From Methanotrichaceae archaeon (GTDB lineage: Archaea; Halobacteriota; Methanosarcinia; Methanotrichales; Methanotrichaceae): a stretch of DNA of 64,000 nt. Shown here in pieces: positions 39,816 to 50,939 of this stretch. Made by a program: the position numbers and the translations under genes. The number at the start of each line of letters is the position of its first letter. The first letter of the stretch is position 1. Under the pieces are notes generated by a model. It did no database searches, had not been told where the DNA came from, and saw only the letters and a list, made by a program, of their open reading frames with translations. The stretch spans positions 1 to 64,000 of the forward strand of contig CAWEXU010000016.1 of NCBI GenBank assembly GCA_963813075.1. Reading direction: 5' to 3'.

Positions 39816-40971
39816 ATGTTCAAACGCTTCTCCGGGGCAATAGCAGCAAGAAAGATGCTTCTGGAACGATGCCTTCCCCTTAAGGATATCGAAGAGCTTG
39901 ATACCTCAAGTGCAGTGGATCGAGTGTCTGCGGAGGACATCCACTCTCCGGTCAATCTTCCTGCCTTTGACCGGTCGGCCATGGACGGCTTTGCCGTGCG
40001 CTCCATGGATACCAGAGGCGCCAGGCCTTCCGGTCCCCGCTTTATCCAGGATTTCATCCCTCTGCGCACGGGGATGGCGGTTCCTGCAGGATATGATGCC
40101 ATTGTGATGCTGGAGGATGCCAGGGCTCGCGGCGAGGTGCTGGAGGTGACGGCCGAGGTTCACCCCTATAAGAATGTGGCCAGAACGGGCGAGGACGTGA
40201 TGGAAGGGGATATGGTCTTCCCGGAGGGGCACAGGCTGCGCCCTCCTGATCTTGCTCTCCTCTCTGCCCTGGGAATTCATAGGGTCAGGGTTTATGCAAA
40301 ACCAGTTGTGGTCATAATCCCCACTGGCGGGGAGCTGGTGGATATCGGCGCTCGCAGGCTTGAGCCCGGAGAGGCCTATGAGATCAACGGCCTCATGGCC
40401 CGGCTCTACAGTGAGAAATGGGGTGCAGAGGCGAGAAAAATCGATCTGGTTGCTGATGACCCTGAAAAGATTCGCGAATCAATAGAGGCTAATTTGGATG
40501 CAGACCTGATTATAATCATCGGCGGGACCAGCGTCGGAGAGAAGGACTATGCTCCCCGGATCCTGTCCGAGATGGGAGAGCTATATGTGCACGGGGTGCG
40601 CCTCCAGCCGGGCAAGCCCACGGCCTTCGGGGATGTGGCCGGTAGATCGGTGGTCTGCCTGCCCGGCTATCCGGTGGCGGCACTCTCCAATCTGTATCTC
40701 TTCATCCGCCCGGCCATAAAGAGGATGGCCCATCTGGATGACAAGCCGCATCGGGTCCAGGTCCAGGCTGGCGCGGAAGATGCCCTCCAAGCCCGGCTAC
40801 TTAAGCCTGGTCCGGGTGGCTTTCAGAGAGGATGGCCAGGTGGAGCCGATCATGGTCTCCGGAGCGGGGATACTGAGCTCCGTTGCCCGGGCGGACGGCT
40901 TTGTGGTCGTGCCCGAAGAGCTGGAGGGATTCGAGGAGGGGGATATGGTGGAGGTCGTGCTTTACGAATGA
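39816..40971 (+). CDS. moeA: Molybdopterin molybdotransferase MoeA, +1 frameshift near 40760
   Basis: PAFDRSAMDGFA, TGGEL, GGTSVGEKD, QPGKP, LPGYP; the C-terminal domain (SGAGILSSVARADGF) is in the next frame. Confidence 0.9.
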
Positions 40972-40992
40972 GAGAATGAAGGGAGGAATAGG

Positions 40993-41995
40993 TCAATACT
41001 CAGGAATCATGATCTGGCAGCGATCAGCTATTTCGAGGGCTACCTGGCGAAAATTATCTCTTGCTTCGCTGACCCCTTTCTGGTGCGATCCGATGGCACC
41101 ATCAGCAGGCAAGTAGATGAAATATCGGCTTATGGGCTTCTTGTGCCATGGGCACGAGGCTTCTGTAGTGCTTGATCAGCCCCAATCGATTTCCGTTTTC
41201 TCTCTCCTCCATCGATCTGCATTCTCTCCCCAAGAGCTCTTCAGAATATACCCTTGGGATTCGCTCTGCCCAGCGCCTGTATGCAATAACGGAACGGCCC
41301 ATCTTCTCTGCTTGCTGCATCATGACATAGCCTATTGGCGTCATTTGCCCTCCTGGCAGTTCAAGATCTTTCACCGTATTTTTCTTCAGGCGTTCCTGCC
41401 ATCCGTTGCGCCATTCCCTTACCGAAGGGCCCAGATTCTTTAATCCTTGCAGCGAGAATAGATCTGGCATTAATGGAACCACCAAATAATCAGCGGCTAT
41501 AAGTATCGAACGATTGATTGCACCCAAATTCGGACCGAGGTCAATCAAAGCGACATCAATACCGGATCTATCAATAATTCGCCACATTATGCGCCAGAAG
41601 GCCGATTCTACTCGAAATGCTCTCTCCTTTCCGTCAAGGCAATGCGGCCATTGCTGGGATAGCTCATCTTCAAAACGCGATAATGCCAGATCTCCAATGA
41701 TCAGATGGATTCGCTCATCAATCTCCTCTGCATAAGGATTCTCTGCAATATCGCCAACATCACGAAGCAGAGGTTCTATGCTGCCATAGATTGTCCTGCT
41801 ATGATCTCCATCAGGCCAAAATTCCTCGAGTTGTTCTTCATCCAGAAATGATGCGGTCAGATTGGCCTGGGGATCGAGGTCCGAGGCTAATACTTTGAGC
41901 CCCAAGTCTGCATACATCCAGGATAAGTGATAGACCAGTGAGGTCTTTCCCACCCCGCCTTTGTTGTTGAAAAATGCAATTATTGGAGCGCTCAT
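40993..41995 (-). CDS. ParA/Soj-like ATPase, +1 frameshift near 41110
   Basis: FFNNKGGVGKT deviant Walker A, DLDPQANLT, IDLGPNLG, PLMPDLFS; the shifted frame continues PADGAIGSHQKGVSEARDNFRQVALEI to a stop at 40993. Confidence 0.85.
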
Positions 41996-43179
41996 GCTCG
42001 CCTCCTCACTGTTGCAAGAATATAGTTCTCCTCGATGGTGAATTCGGGAGGAGGATTGCCGTTGTCGAGCAGTTGCTTTCTGGCGATCTGAATTCCCATG
42101 CCGAATTTCTGCACATATCCCAGCACATGCATGGCTTCCGCAAGATGGGGATTTCGATAATCAGTGACTCCGGGCTGTCCAAAGTTCACTTTGGTGACAA
42201 GGCCGAAAGGTCCACCTGGATTGAGTATCTCAATGCGATCTGAGAACCAGTAAATGCGAACTGGTGCATTGGTCCCTTCGTAGGTTCTATGGAGGATCGA
42301 ATTGCGTATCAATTGCTGGAGAGCTGGAAGGGGATACTCTGATCTTCTGATTTCCACTGATTCTGAGACAATCGATACAGATACAGAATTATTGGCATCG
42401 AGGATCTCATCAATCCTTCGGAGAAGATCTGAAATTGGGCCTGTAATCTTCTTTTCGTGCCTGATCGGATCCGTTAAATCGGCACCCTCTAGCCTTATAA
42501 ATTGCACATAACCCCCAGGTATGAAACGAAGAGTATCCTTGCCTAGAACCAGAATTCCCAAAACAGTAGGCTGGCCGTCAGGGGTCAAAAATCGCAGTGC
42601 TTTGAGCTTATCTTCCATCGACCGGGTATTCTGGGCCAGGACGGATGGATCGATTGCATGAGGCAGGTATTCGTGCTCAAATAACTCCCGGTCCAGGTCC
42701 TCTATGGTGGCAGAAGGGACTGGCTGGAGATCGAATGGAAGGTCCCTGGAACGCCTCCTCTCCGCAAGGCGTTTTTCCTCCTCTGGCGTTGCTCTTGCTC
42801 TGCGAGGACCGACTCTGACCCAGGTTACTCCGTTTAACCTAACTGGAGGAGAGTTCGATGGCTCGACCTGAACCAAGACCATCATGCAGCCGTTTATCAC
42901 CATTTTATGAACGGAAATTGACGGAAATGGCTGAATCTTTCCATCATCCTTCATAAAAGATATAGCTAATAATAATTTATCAGTAATCTCCAGATTTGAG
43001 CATGATCCGTCATCATTGGCTCCAATGAATATGAATCCTGGTTTATGATGATTGGGCAGATCATTTGCGTATGCGCATATTGCCTGGCGAATTTTATCTG
43101 GATCGGAGAGAGATGCCTTTCTTTCAACCAGATCTGATTCTAAATCTTTGAGCATATACTCAAGCTCTTGCTCGTCCAT
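41992..43179 (-). CDS. Schlafen/AlbA_2 domain + HATPase_c_4 (divergent AAA-4/RecG-C-like) protein
   Basis: ESDLVERK, ICAYAN, IFIGANDDG; YPLPALQQLIRNSILHRTY, IEILNPGG, RNPHLA, KFGMGI; GGAGG RBS; ATGA overlap with the ParA-like gene. Confidence 0.85.
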   Translation of the reverse strand: MDEQELEYMLKDLESDLVERKASLSDPDKIRQAICAYANDLPNHHKPGFIFIGANDDGSCSNLEITDKLLLAISFMKDDGKIQPFPSISVHKMVINGCMMVLVQVEPSNSPPVRLNGVTWVRVGPRRARATPEEEKRLAERRRSRDLPFDLQPVPSATIEDLDRELFEHEYLPHAIDPSVLAQNTRSMEDKLKALRFLTPDGQPTVLGILVLGKDTLRFIPGGYVQFIRLEGADLTDPIRHEKKITGPISDLLRRIDEILDANNSVSVSIVSESVEIRRSEYPLPALQQLIRNSILHRTYEGTNAPVRIYWFSDRIEILNPGGPFGLVTKVNFGQPGVTDYRNPHLAEAMHVLGYVQKFGMGIQIARKQLLDNGNPPPEFTIEENYILATVRRRA

Positions 43180-43345
43180 TTAATCCTCCGATACTATATC
43201 TCTCTCTATACATAATATATTTGCTCAATTCTCTTTGGCAATAGGCTGATTGAGCTACATTACTTTTTCTCTCATTCTCATTATTCAGCTCTGCCGTTTA
43301 AAGTGAAACCATCATTTTTTATCCCTGCAGCTCTATTCCAGTGCG

Positions 43346-43658
43346 GTGACCTCCCCTGAACACCGGCCGACTGCTCGTAAAGATCAACAGGCTATCTGCC
43401 TGGATGCTCCTCATCTTCATGATCATCTTCCTGATATCGGGCTATGCCTGGTACAACAGAACACTCCTGCCCCTGCAGCAGGCCATACATATGCACACCG
43501 AGCTGGACCTCTACCTGCTGGTCTTTTTCCTCATGCACACTCTGATCAGCATCAGGTTCACCCTGGCACGCTGGAGAGTAGGCCACAATAGATTGGTGAA
43601 TGCACTTCTCATCCTGGCCGGAATCCTGTTCTTCTGGTTCATCCTGGGCATCAGATAA
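43346..43658 (+). CDS. Small three-TM membrane protein with two His residues (probable +1 indel at the 5' C-run)
   Basis: The frame reads LNTGRLLVKINRLSAWMLLIFMIIFLISGY...MH...MH...; the GTG at 43346 is one base out of frame. Confidence 0.6.
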
Positions 43659-43686
43659 AATAAGAGGAGAGGAGACCACAACATTT

Positions 43687-43715
43687 ATAACTCAACGTTA
43701 CTAACCATAAGTTCA
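43687..43715 (+). promoter_or_regulatory. Tandem HSR1-like operator overlapping a TATA box
   Basis: ATAAC-tcaac-GTTAC and CTAAC-cataa-GTTCA resemble the archaeal heat-shock repressor motif CTAAC-N5-GTTAG; TTTATAA at 43684-43690. Confidence 0.7.
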
Positions 43716-43719
43716 ATGG

Positions 43720-44367
43720 ATGATTATGAGCGACATGTTGGATCCTGTTGAGCTTCTTGACATTCTGGGGAATGAAAATAGAAGGCGCATCCTCCAGCTC
43801 CTTTCCTTCCGCCCCTTTTACTTCAATGAGATGGCTAAGAGGCTGGATGTAGGGCCGAAAGCGGTGATCGACCACCTGGTGATGCTGGAGAGAGCGGGGC
43901 TGGTGGAGTGCTATCAAGAACAGGGAAGGAGAAAATACTTCCGCATAGCCCGGAGGACCATCCTGGAGGTAGCAGTCTCTCCTCACTCCTACGGGGTCCG
44001 GGCATATCTTTCTGAAGATGCTCCAAAGGACGCCCTGGACTTTGATGAGTCGGAGGCCTCTTTGGATCTGAAGCTGCTCAAGGATGAGCTTTTGCTCCTG
44101 GATAAAAAAAGGCATGAGCTGCGCGAGCTATTGGCCGAGATCGAATCGAGAGAGATGGAGATCAAGCAGAAAGCATCCTGTGTTGCCGGATTTCAGGCGG
44201 CGAACCAGTTGGAGTCGGAGATCATGACCGCACTGCTCTGCGGCGGTGCCAATGCCACCGACCTCGCGGCCAGGCTGGAGGTGCCCGAAGCGGTGGTTTT
44301 AGATAGCTTGAATAAGCTCAATGAGCGCGGTGCAGTGCACTTAAGAGGTCAGGAATGGAGCATATGA
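43720..44367 (+). CDS. ArsR-family heat-shock regulator (HSR1/Phr-like)
   Basis: LLDILGNENRRRILQLL, LDVGPKAVIDHL..LERAGLV, RRKYFRI, then a coiled coil and a second HTH; precedes cdc48. Confidence 0.82.
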   Translation: MIMSDMLDPVELLDILGNENRRRILQLLSFRPFYFNEMAKRLDVGPKAVIDHLVMLERAGLVECYQEQGRRKYFRIARRTILEVAVSPHSYGVRAYLSEDAPKDALDFDESEASLDLKLLKDELLLLDKKRHELRELLAEIESREMEIKQKASCVAGFQAANQLESEIMTALLCGGANATDLAARLEVPEAVVLDSLNKLNERGAVHLRGQEWSI

Positions 44368-46655
44368 GAGCATCTTCTGATAACCCTTCATATAACCCTT
44401 CAATAGCGTCCCCGCCAACTGCAGACAATTCCTCCCCAGAAAAACCCGGCCCCAGCATCGAGGAGATGGTCCAGGGAGGCACGAAGCCCGCAGAGGAAGC
44501 AGTCCTGCTGCGAGTGGCAGAGGCCTATCATAAGGATGCGGGTAAGGGTGTGGCCAGAATCAATCCCGTAATTCTCGCCCGGCTGGGAGTGGAGAACGGC
44601 GGAGTGGTGGAGGTCAATGCCAAGGAGAAGGTCTATGCCATTGCCTGGCCCGGGACTCCTGAGGACCCCCAGGATATAATCAGGATCGACGGAAACACCA
44701 GGGCCAACCTGGGGACGGGAATAGACAACCGGGTGAATATTCGCCGGGCCACGGCCAAGCCCGCCAGGAAGATCGTGGTCGCCCCCACCCGCCAGATCCG
44801 CCTCATGGGAGGGCAGCAGTATCTCTTGCGCATGCTCCAGGGAAGGGCGGTGGTAAAAGGGGAGATGCTGCGGGTGGAGATGATTAACAGCAACCTCAAT
44901 CTGGCAGTGGTGAGCACTGTTCCCAACGGCCCGGTGCTGGTAACTCAGGAGACGATAATCAGCATCACCAGGGAGACCCTGGATGAGCTGGCCCTGCATG
45001 TGCGGGACATATCCTATGAGGACATCGGCGGCCTGTCCAGAGAGATCAGAGAGATCAGGGAGATGATCGAGGTTCCGCTGCGCCATCCGGAGCTCTTCAA
45101 CCGGCTGGGAATCAATCCTCCTCGGGGAGTGCTGCTGCACGGCCCACCGGGAACAGGAAAGACGCTCATCGCCAGGGCGGTGGCAGGCGAGACCGACGCC
45201 AACTTCATCTCCATCTCCGGGCCGGAGATCGTATCCAAGTTCTACGGGGAGAGCGAGCAGCGGCTGCGCCAGATCTTCGATGAGGCGACAAAGTCTGCGC
45301 CTTCCATTATATTCATCGATGAGATCGACTCCATCGCCCCCAAGAGGGAGGAGGTCTCAGGCGACCTGGAGCGGCGGGTGGTGGCCCAGATCCTCTCTTT
45401 AATGGACGGCCTCTCCTCCCGGGGTGAGGTGATAGTGATCGCGGCCACCAACCGCCCCAATGCCCTTGACCCTGCCATTCGCCGGGGAGGCCGATTCGAC
45501 CGGGAGATTGAGATCGGTATACCAAACAGAAACGGCCGGCTGGAGGTGCTCTATGTCCACACCCGGGGCATGCCTTTGGATGAATCGCTGGACCTGATGG
45601 AGATCGCTGACTCTACCCACGGTTTTGTGGGAGCGGACCTTTATGCCCTGTGCAAAGAGGCGGCCATGCGCACCCTGGAAAGGGCTCTGCCCGACCTGGA
45701 TGTGAAAGAGGACATTCCATTGGATGTGCTGGACAATCTCAGGGTGACCAGAGAGGATTTCCAATCCGCCCTGAAGAAGATTGAGCCCTCGGCGATGAGA
45801 GAGGTCTTCGTCGAGGTGGCAGAGGTCCACTGGAATGAGGTGGGTGGCCTGGATGAGGCCAAGCAGTCCCTGGTTGAGGCGGTGGAGTGGCCGCTGATGT
45901 ACCCAGAGGCCTTCGCCTCGGTTGGCGTCCGGCCGCCGCGGGGAATTCTGCTCTACGGCCTTCCCGGAACGGGCAAGACCCTCCTGGTCAGAGCCCTGGC
46001 CACGGAGAGCAATGTCAACTTCATCAGCGTCAAGGGCCCGGAGCTATTGAGCAAATGGGTGGGTGAGTCGGAAAGGGCGGTCAGAGAGATCTTTCGCAAA
46101 GCCCGCCAGGCTGCTCCCGCCCTGGTGTTCTTCGACGAGATCGACTCCATTGTCCCCGCCCGGGGAAGCGGATCGGACTCTCATGTGACCGAAAGGGTGG
46201 TCAGCCAGTTTCTCACAGAAATGGACGGCCTCTTGGAGCTCAAAGACGTGGTGATCGTGGCGGCCACCAACCGGCCGGACCTTCTGGACAGCTCATTGCT
46301 AAGACCTGGCAGGTTTGATCGTTTGGTTTATATCCCCATGCCGGATAGACAAGCTCGTCAGAAGATACTGGAGATCTATCTCTCAAAGATGGCCGCCCAT
46401 GAGATCTCAGCTTTATGGCTGGCGGATATCACTGAGGACTTCAGCGGCGCTGACCTGGAGATGCTCTGCCGGGAGGCGGGAATGCTCGCTTTGCGGGAGC
46501 ATATCAGGCCGGGAATGAAGAAAGAAGAGTTGATAATTGATAAGATCCTTGTTACAGAGAAGCATTTCCAGGAGGCCAGCGAGTATATCCGGCCACATCT
46601 GTCAAAAGATATGCTGCAGGGATATATCAAGATGATACATGAATTCCAGGTATGA
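44355..46655 (+). CDS. cdc48: CDC48/VAT AAA+ ATPase
   Basis: N-domain; two AAA modules [13 protein letters not shown] and [19 protein letters not shown]. Confidence 0.95.
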   Translation: MEHMRASSDNPSYNPSIASPPTADNSSPEKPGPSIEEMVQGGTKPAEEAVLLRVAEAYHKDAGKGVARINPVILARLGVENGGVVEVNAKEKVYAIAWPGTPEDPQDIIRIDGNTRANLGTGIDNRVNIRRATAKPARKIVVAPTRQIRLMGGQQYLLRMLQGRAVVKGEMLRVEMINSNLNLAVVSTVPNGPVLVTQETIISITRETLDELALHVRDISYEDIGGLSREIREIREMIEVPLRHPELFNRLGINPPRGVLLHGPPGTGKTLIARAVAGETDANFISISGPEIVSKFYGESEQRLRQIFDEATKSAPSIIFIDEIDSIAPKREEVSGDLERRVVAQILSLMDGLSSRGEVIVIAATNRPNALDPAIRRGGRFDREIEIGIPNRNGRLEVLYVHTRGMPLDESLDLMEIADSTHGFVGADLYALCKEAAMRTLERALPDLDVKEDIPLDVLDNLRVTREDFQSALKKIEPSAMREVFVEVAEVHWNEVGGLDEAKQSLVEAVEWPLMYPEAFASVGVRPPRGILLYGLPGTGKTLLVRALATESNVNFISVKGPELLSKWVGESERAVREIFRKARQAAPALVFFDEIDSIVPARGSGSDSHVTERVVSQFLTEMDGLLELKDVVIVAATNRPDLLDSSLLRPGRFDRLVYIPMPDRQARQKILEIYLSKMAAHEISALWLADITEDFSGADLEMLCREAGMLALREHIRPGMKKEELIIDKILVTEKHFQEASEYIRPHLSKDMLQGYIKMIHEFQV

Positions 46656-46791
46656 CCAGGTTAGAGCCTGGCCCACATGGTCTGATCAATATTTGAAACT
46701 GAACAAAAGAATGGCAAATTTAATGATTTGGAAAGAGAAGAGCATGCAGACAAAGCACCAAATATATAGTCAAGAACAACCAATAATTGCT

Positions 46792-48711
46792 GTGAGGACC
46801 AAAAAATTGACTTCAGAAGACGAGTCTAATGAACTGCTCGGCGATATCGATTTCAAGGATACGAGCAGCATAACCGTACCTGAAAGCCTCATAGATCAGG
46901 TTATCGGCCAGGACGAGGCGGTTGAGGTGATCAAGAAAGCAGCAAGCCAGAGAAGGCATGTCATGCTAATCGGGTCGCCTGGTACTGGCAAGTCAATGCT
47001 GGGCAAAGCCATGAGCGAGCTTCTTCCGGTCGAAGAGCTGCAGGATGTTCTGGTCTATGCCAATCCAGAGGATAACAATACCCCCAGGGTTCGCGTCGTG
47101 CCCGCGGGCAGGGGAAAACAGATCGTCGATGCCCAGAAGCTGGAGGCGAGAAAGAAGGTCCAGACGCGAAATATGTTCTTGATGATCATCGTCATGGCCC
47201 TGATCGTCTACGCCTATTATATGGGCCAGCTCCTGTTCGGAATCATAGCCGCAGCATTGCTATTCATCTCTTTGCGCTATATGCTGCCCAAAGAGGATGC
47301 CATGGTCCCCAAGCTGCTGGTGGACAACAACGGCAAGAAGAAGGCACCTTATGTGGATGCCACCGGCGCTCATGCTGGGGCATTGCTGGGTGACGTCCGG
47401 CACGATCCTTTTCAGTCTGGCGGCCTGGAGACCCCATCCCACGAGAGGGTGGAATGCGGCTCCATTCATAAAGCCCACAGAGGAGTGCTGTTCATCGATG
47501 AGGTGAACACTCTCCGGCCGGAATCGCAGCAGAGCCTCCTCACTGCCCTCCAGGAAGGGGTCTACCAAATCACCGGCCAGAGCGAGAGGAGCTCCGGTGC
47601 CCTGGTGAGGACCGAGCCCGTGCCCTGCAGCTTTATCATGATCGCTGCCGGGAACCTGGATGCTGTACAGGGAATGCATCCCGCTCTGAGGTCGCGCATC
47701 AAGGGCTACGGCTATGAGGTCTACATGCGGGACACCATGGAGGACACCCTGGAGAACAGGAACAAGCTGATCAACTTCGTGGCTCAGGAGATCGTAAGAG
47801 ACGGAAAGATCCCCCATTTCACTCAAGATGCAGTGGCGGAGATCATGAGAGAGGCCAAGAGGCGTTCGGGCAGGAAGGGACATCTCACCCTCATGCTCCG
47901 CGACCTGGGTGGCCTGATCAGGGTGTCCGGGGATGTGGCCCGGGCGGAATCCTCTCCGCTCACCGAGGTGAAGCATGTCTTGCTGGCCAAGAAGATGGCC
48001 CGTTCGGTCGAGCAGCAGCTGGCGGACAGATACATGGAGAGGCGCAAGGACTACAGCATGTTCCACTCCTCTGGGGATGAGATCGGCAGGGTCAACGGCC
48101 TGGCAGTCATGGGCGACTCGGGCATTGTGCTGCCCATCATGGCCGAGATCACTCCTGCTCAATCCAAGGAAGAGGGCAAGATCATCGCCACCGGAAAGCT
48201 GCAGGAGATCGCCCGTGAGGCGGTCACAAACGTCTCTGTGCTGATCAAGAAGTTCCTGGGCGAGGATATCACCAAGAAGGATGTGCATATCCAATTCATA
48301 GGCACATATGAAGGAGTTGAAGGCGACAGCGCGTCCATCTCCATCGCCACGGCGGTCATATCCGCCCTGGAAGGAGTGCCTGTGAAACAGACCGTGGCCA
48401 TGACCGGCTCGCTCTCAGTGCGAGGGGATGTCATGCCTGTGGGCGGGGTCACTCAGAAGATCGAGGCCGCAGCCCAGGCGGGAATCAAGACGGTGCTCAT
48501 TCCCAAAGCAAATATGGGTGACGTCCTGATAGATGATGCCATAAAAGACTTAATCGAGATCATACCAGTAACCAATATCAGTGAGGTCTTTGAGTATGCC
48601 ATGGGCAGCCAGAGGACCAGGCTGATAGAGAAGCTGAAGAAGTTCGCCACTGAGAAAAAGATCGGCATCAATATCCCCGAGACGATCCCTACCCCTATCC
48701 GGAGCATCTGA
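46792..48711 (+). CDS. lonB: Membrane-anchored ATP-dependent protease LonB (start approximate)
   Basis: IDQVIGQDEA, GSPGTGKS, TM insertion, DVRHDPFQSGG, EGDSAS (Ser) and GGVTQK (Lys) dyad. Confidence 0.95.
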   Translation: MRTKKLTSEDESNELLGDIDFKDTSSITVPESLIDQVIGQDEAVEVIKKAASQRRHVMLIGSPGTGKSMLGKAMSELLPVEELQDVLVYANPEDNNTPRVRVVPAGRGKQIVDAQKLEARKKVQTRNMFLMIIVMALIVYAYYMGQLLFGIIAAALLFISLRYMLPKEDAMVPKLLVDNNGKKKAPYVDATGAHAGALLGDVRHDPFQSGGLETPSHERVECGSIHKAHRGVLFIDEVNTLRPESQQSLLTALQEGVYQITGQSERSSGALVRTEPVPCSFIMIAAGNLDAVQGMHPALRSRIKGYGYEVYMRDTMEDTLENRNKLINFVAQEIVRDGKIPHFTQDAVAEIMREAKRRSGRKGHLTLMLRDLGGLIRVSGDVARAESSPLTEVKHVLLAKKMARSVEQQLADRYMERRKDYSMFHSSGDEIGRVNGLAVMGDSGIVLPIMAEITPAQSKEEGKIIATGKLQEIAREAVTNVSVLIKKFLGEDITKKDVHIQFIGTYEGVEGDSASISIATAVISALEGVPVKQTVAMTGSLSVRGDVMPVGGVTQKIEAAAQAGIKTVLIPKANMGDVLIDDAIKDLIEIIPVTNISEVFEYAMGSQRTRLIEKLKKFATEKKIGINIPETIPTPIRSI

Positions 48712-48715
48712 TCGC

Positions 48716-50041
48716 TTGACGGCGACGGCGGAGTTCTATGATACCCGCATTCTGCGGGGCAGTCGAACCAGGATCGTTCTGGACAATGGGAAACTTGAGG
48801 AGATAGCCCAGGTGCCCTTCCAGGGGGCATCTGTTCGCGCTCTTTTTGGCGGTGCCTGGGGTTTTGTAACCACCGATCGAGTGGACGATCTTGGCCAGGA
48901 GATCGATCTGGCAGGACGCATCGCCAGGAAGATCGACCGGAAGGAGGATCTTCGTTTGGCCGAGGCTCCGCCGGGCAGAAGCGTCGTGGTGCCCGTTAAG
49001 AAGGATCCAAAAGACCTCTCTTTGGAGGAGAAGGTAGCCCTCCTCAGGGAAATCGAGGACGCAGCGAAGGCTGATGGCGTATCCTCGACCCAGGCGGTTT
49101 ACTCGGAGATGGATCTGGTAGCCCACTACACCAGCTCTGAGGGCCTGGACCTGGAATCAAAGACGACCAGAATGGGTTTTGTGATCAGTGCAGTGGCTCA
49201 CAGGAATGGGCTTTATCAGACCGATGGCGAGGGCAGAGCCGGTGTGGGTGGCCTGGAGATATTCGACCGGGAGGACCCCATAGCTTTGGCCAGGCAGGTG
49301 GGGGAGACGGCGGTCGCCCTGCTGGATGCCAGGGCAGTTAAAGGCGGGACTTATCCTGTGGTCCTGGACCAGGAGCTGGCCGGGGTTTTCGTCCATGAAG
49401 CGGTGGGCCATGCCACCGAGGGGGACATAATCCTGGAGGGCGACTCGTGCCTTGAGGGAAAGCTGGGCCAGAGGATCGGATCGGAGCTGGTGACGGTCAG
49501 GGACGACCCCAGCCTGATGCTAAACGGCTACTATCCCTTCGATGATGAGGGCAGCCTGGCCCAGGAGACGGTTCTGGTGGAGAATGGGGTGCTTCGGTCA
49601 TACCTCAACACTCGCGAGACGGCCGCCAGGCTGGGGGGTGTGCCGCGCAATGCCCGGGCGGAGGGGATGAGCCGGCCGGTGGTGCGGATGAGCAATACCT
49701 ACATTGCCAATGGCGACTGGAAGCTGGAGGAGATCTTAGAGGAGCTGAAGGATGGTGTCTATCTGGCAGGTAGCCGGGGAGGGCAGGTCAGCACTGGCGA
49801 GGGCGTCTTCCAGTTCAATGCCAAGAAGGGCTATATCATAGAGAACGGAGAGAGGACACAGCTTCTTCGTGATGTATCCTTATCCGGAAAGATCCTGGAG
49901 ACGCTATTGCATGTGAGGGCGGTGGGCAATGACCTGAAGTACAACAGCGGCAGATGCGGAAAGTCAGGGCAGCTGGTGCCGGTGAGCGACGGATCGCCTC
50001 ATTTGCTTGTTGACAGCGCCACGGTGGGCGGAACGGGATAA
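48716..50041 (+). CDS. tldD: TldD-family metalloprotease
   Basis: GAWGF, VHEAVGHATEGD, FDDEG, VRMSNT, GRCGKSGQ.VPV..GSP. Confidence 0.88.
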   Translation: MTATAEFYDTRILRGSRTRIVLDNGKLEEIAQVPFQGASVRALFGGAWGFVTTDRVDDLGQEIDLAGRIARKIDRKEDLRLAEAPPGRSVVVPVKKDPKDLSLEEKVALLREIEDAAKADGVSSTQAVYSEMDLVAHYTSSEGLDLESKTTRMGFVISAVAHRNGLYQTDGEGRAGVGGLEIFDREDPIALARQVGETAVALLDARAVKGGTYPVVLDQELAGVFVHEAVGHATEGDIILEGDSCLEGKLGQRIGSELVTVRDDPSLMLNGYYPFDDEGSLAQETVLVENGVLRSYLNTRETAARLGGVPRNARAEGMSRPVVRMSNTYIANGDWKLEEILEELKDGVYLAGSRGGQVSTGEGVFQFNAKKGYIIENGERTQLLRDVSLSGKILETLLHVRAVGNDLKYNSGRCGKSGQLVPVSDGSPHLLVDSATVGGTG

Positions 50042-50111
50042 AGAAGGACTGAAGAAGGACAGAAAAAAGGTCAGAAGAAAGTATCAAGGAAAGATAAAAT
50101 TAAGCTGGTCT

Positions 50112-50939
50112 TTATGAGGGTCTGGTATAGCTGCCATTCAATGCTCGATCCAGGCTGCTGTTGACCAGCTCCTGGCTGGTATTGGTTATCTCTGATTTCA
50201 GCCAGTCCCAGGCGGCCCGAGTTGCCCGGTCCAGTTCCTCTCCTGCCGCATCCTCGATTCTGGATAAAAGACCGTTCTGGCTTCCGTTCTGCAATCCATC
50301 ATTCTTTATCTCTTGCTCTTGACCGGATCCGGGCAGGTTCCCTTTCAGCCTCTCTCGCAGATCCTCCTCCACTCTTTGCAGAGGATCAGAGATGCTGTCT
50401 TGAGAGTTGCTTTCCTGAGACTTATTATCCTGAGACATATCGTCCTTCCAGTTTTTTGGATCGAACTCATTGTCCGTCTGATTAACCAGGATCGCATGGC
50501 CGGAATCTACCAGCAGGATATTGAAGTTGGGATAGGGCATGGGCTGGCCGTAGGCTCCGGCGAGATAGGCTACTGCGACCAGTCTATTCTCATCGTCCCG
50601 GCCTTGATTGGAGAAGTCGTCGATATCCAGGTAGACTCTCTTGTTCATGAGGACAGCATAGGTGAAATCCCTGGCCGCGGGACCTTTGACCGTCTTCATA
50701 TCCGGTGAGCTGACATCGGCCAGAGTGACCCCTTCTATGCTGTTTGTTATTCTGGAGTCGGCCTTCTCTATTCTTATGTCGAATGTATCGCCATCGATCA
50801 CATTTGTGACCACCCCATAGACCTCATCCAAAGAGGCCAATGATCCGGGCAGGAGAGATAAGGCGGAAACGATGGTTATGATCAGAAGGCAGAACCAGCA
50901 GTGGTAAGATATTTTCAATCCCGGATATCTCTTTTTCAT
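50112..50939 (-). CDS. Secreted thermonuclease (SNase)-family protein
   Basis: Signal/TM segment; VTNVIDGDTF, RDDENRLVA, NILLVDSGHA. Confidence 0.75.
   Translation of the reverse strand: MKKRYPGLKISYHCWFCLLIITIVSALSLLPGSLASLDEVYGVVTNVIDGDTFDIRIEKADSRITNSIEGVTLADVSSPDMKTVKGPAARDFTYAVLMNKRVYLDIDDFSNQGRDDENRLVAVAYLAGAYGQPMPYPNFNILLVDSGHAILVNQTDNEFDPKNWKDDMSQDNKSQESNSQDSISDPLQRVEEDLRERLKGNLPGSGQEQEIKNDGLQNGSQNGLLSRIEDAAGEELDRATRAAWDWLKSEITNTSQELVNSSLDRALNGSYTRPS

Noticed and set aside
40993..41995. Plasmid or prophage partition locus
   Set aside because: No parB, centromere repeats, rep, integrase or phage genes nearby
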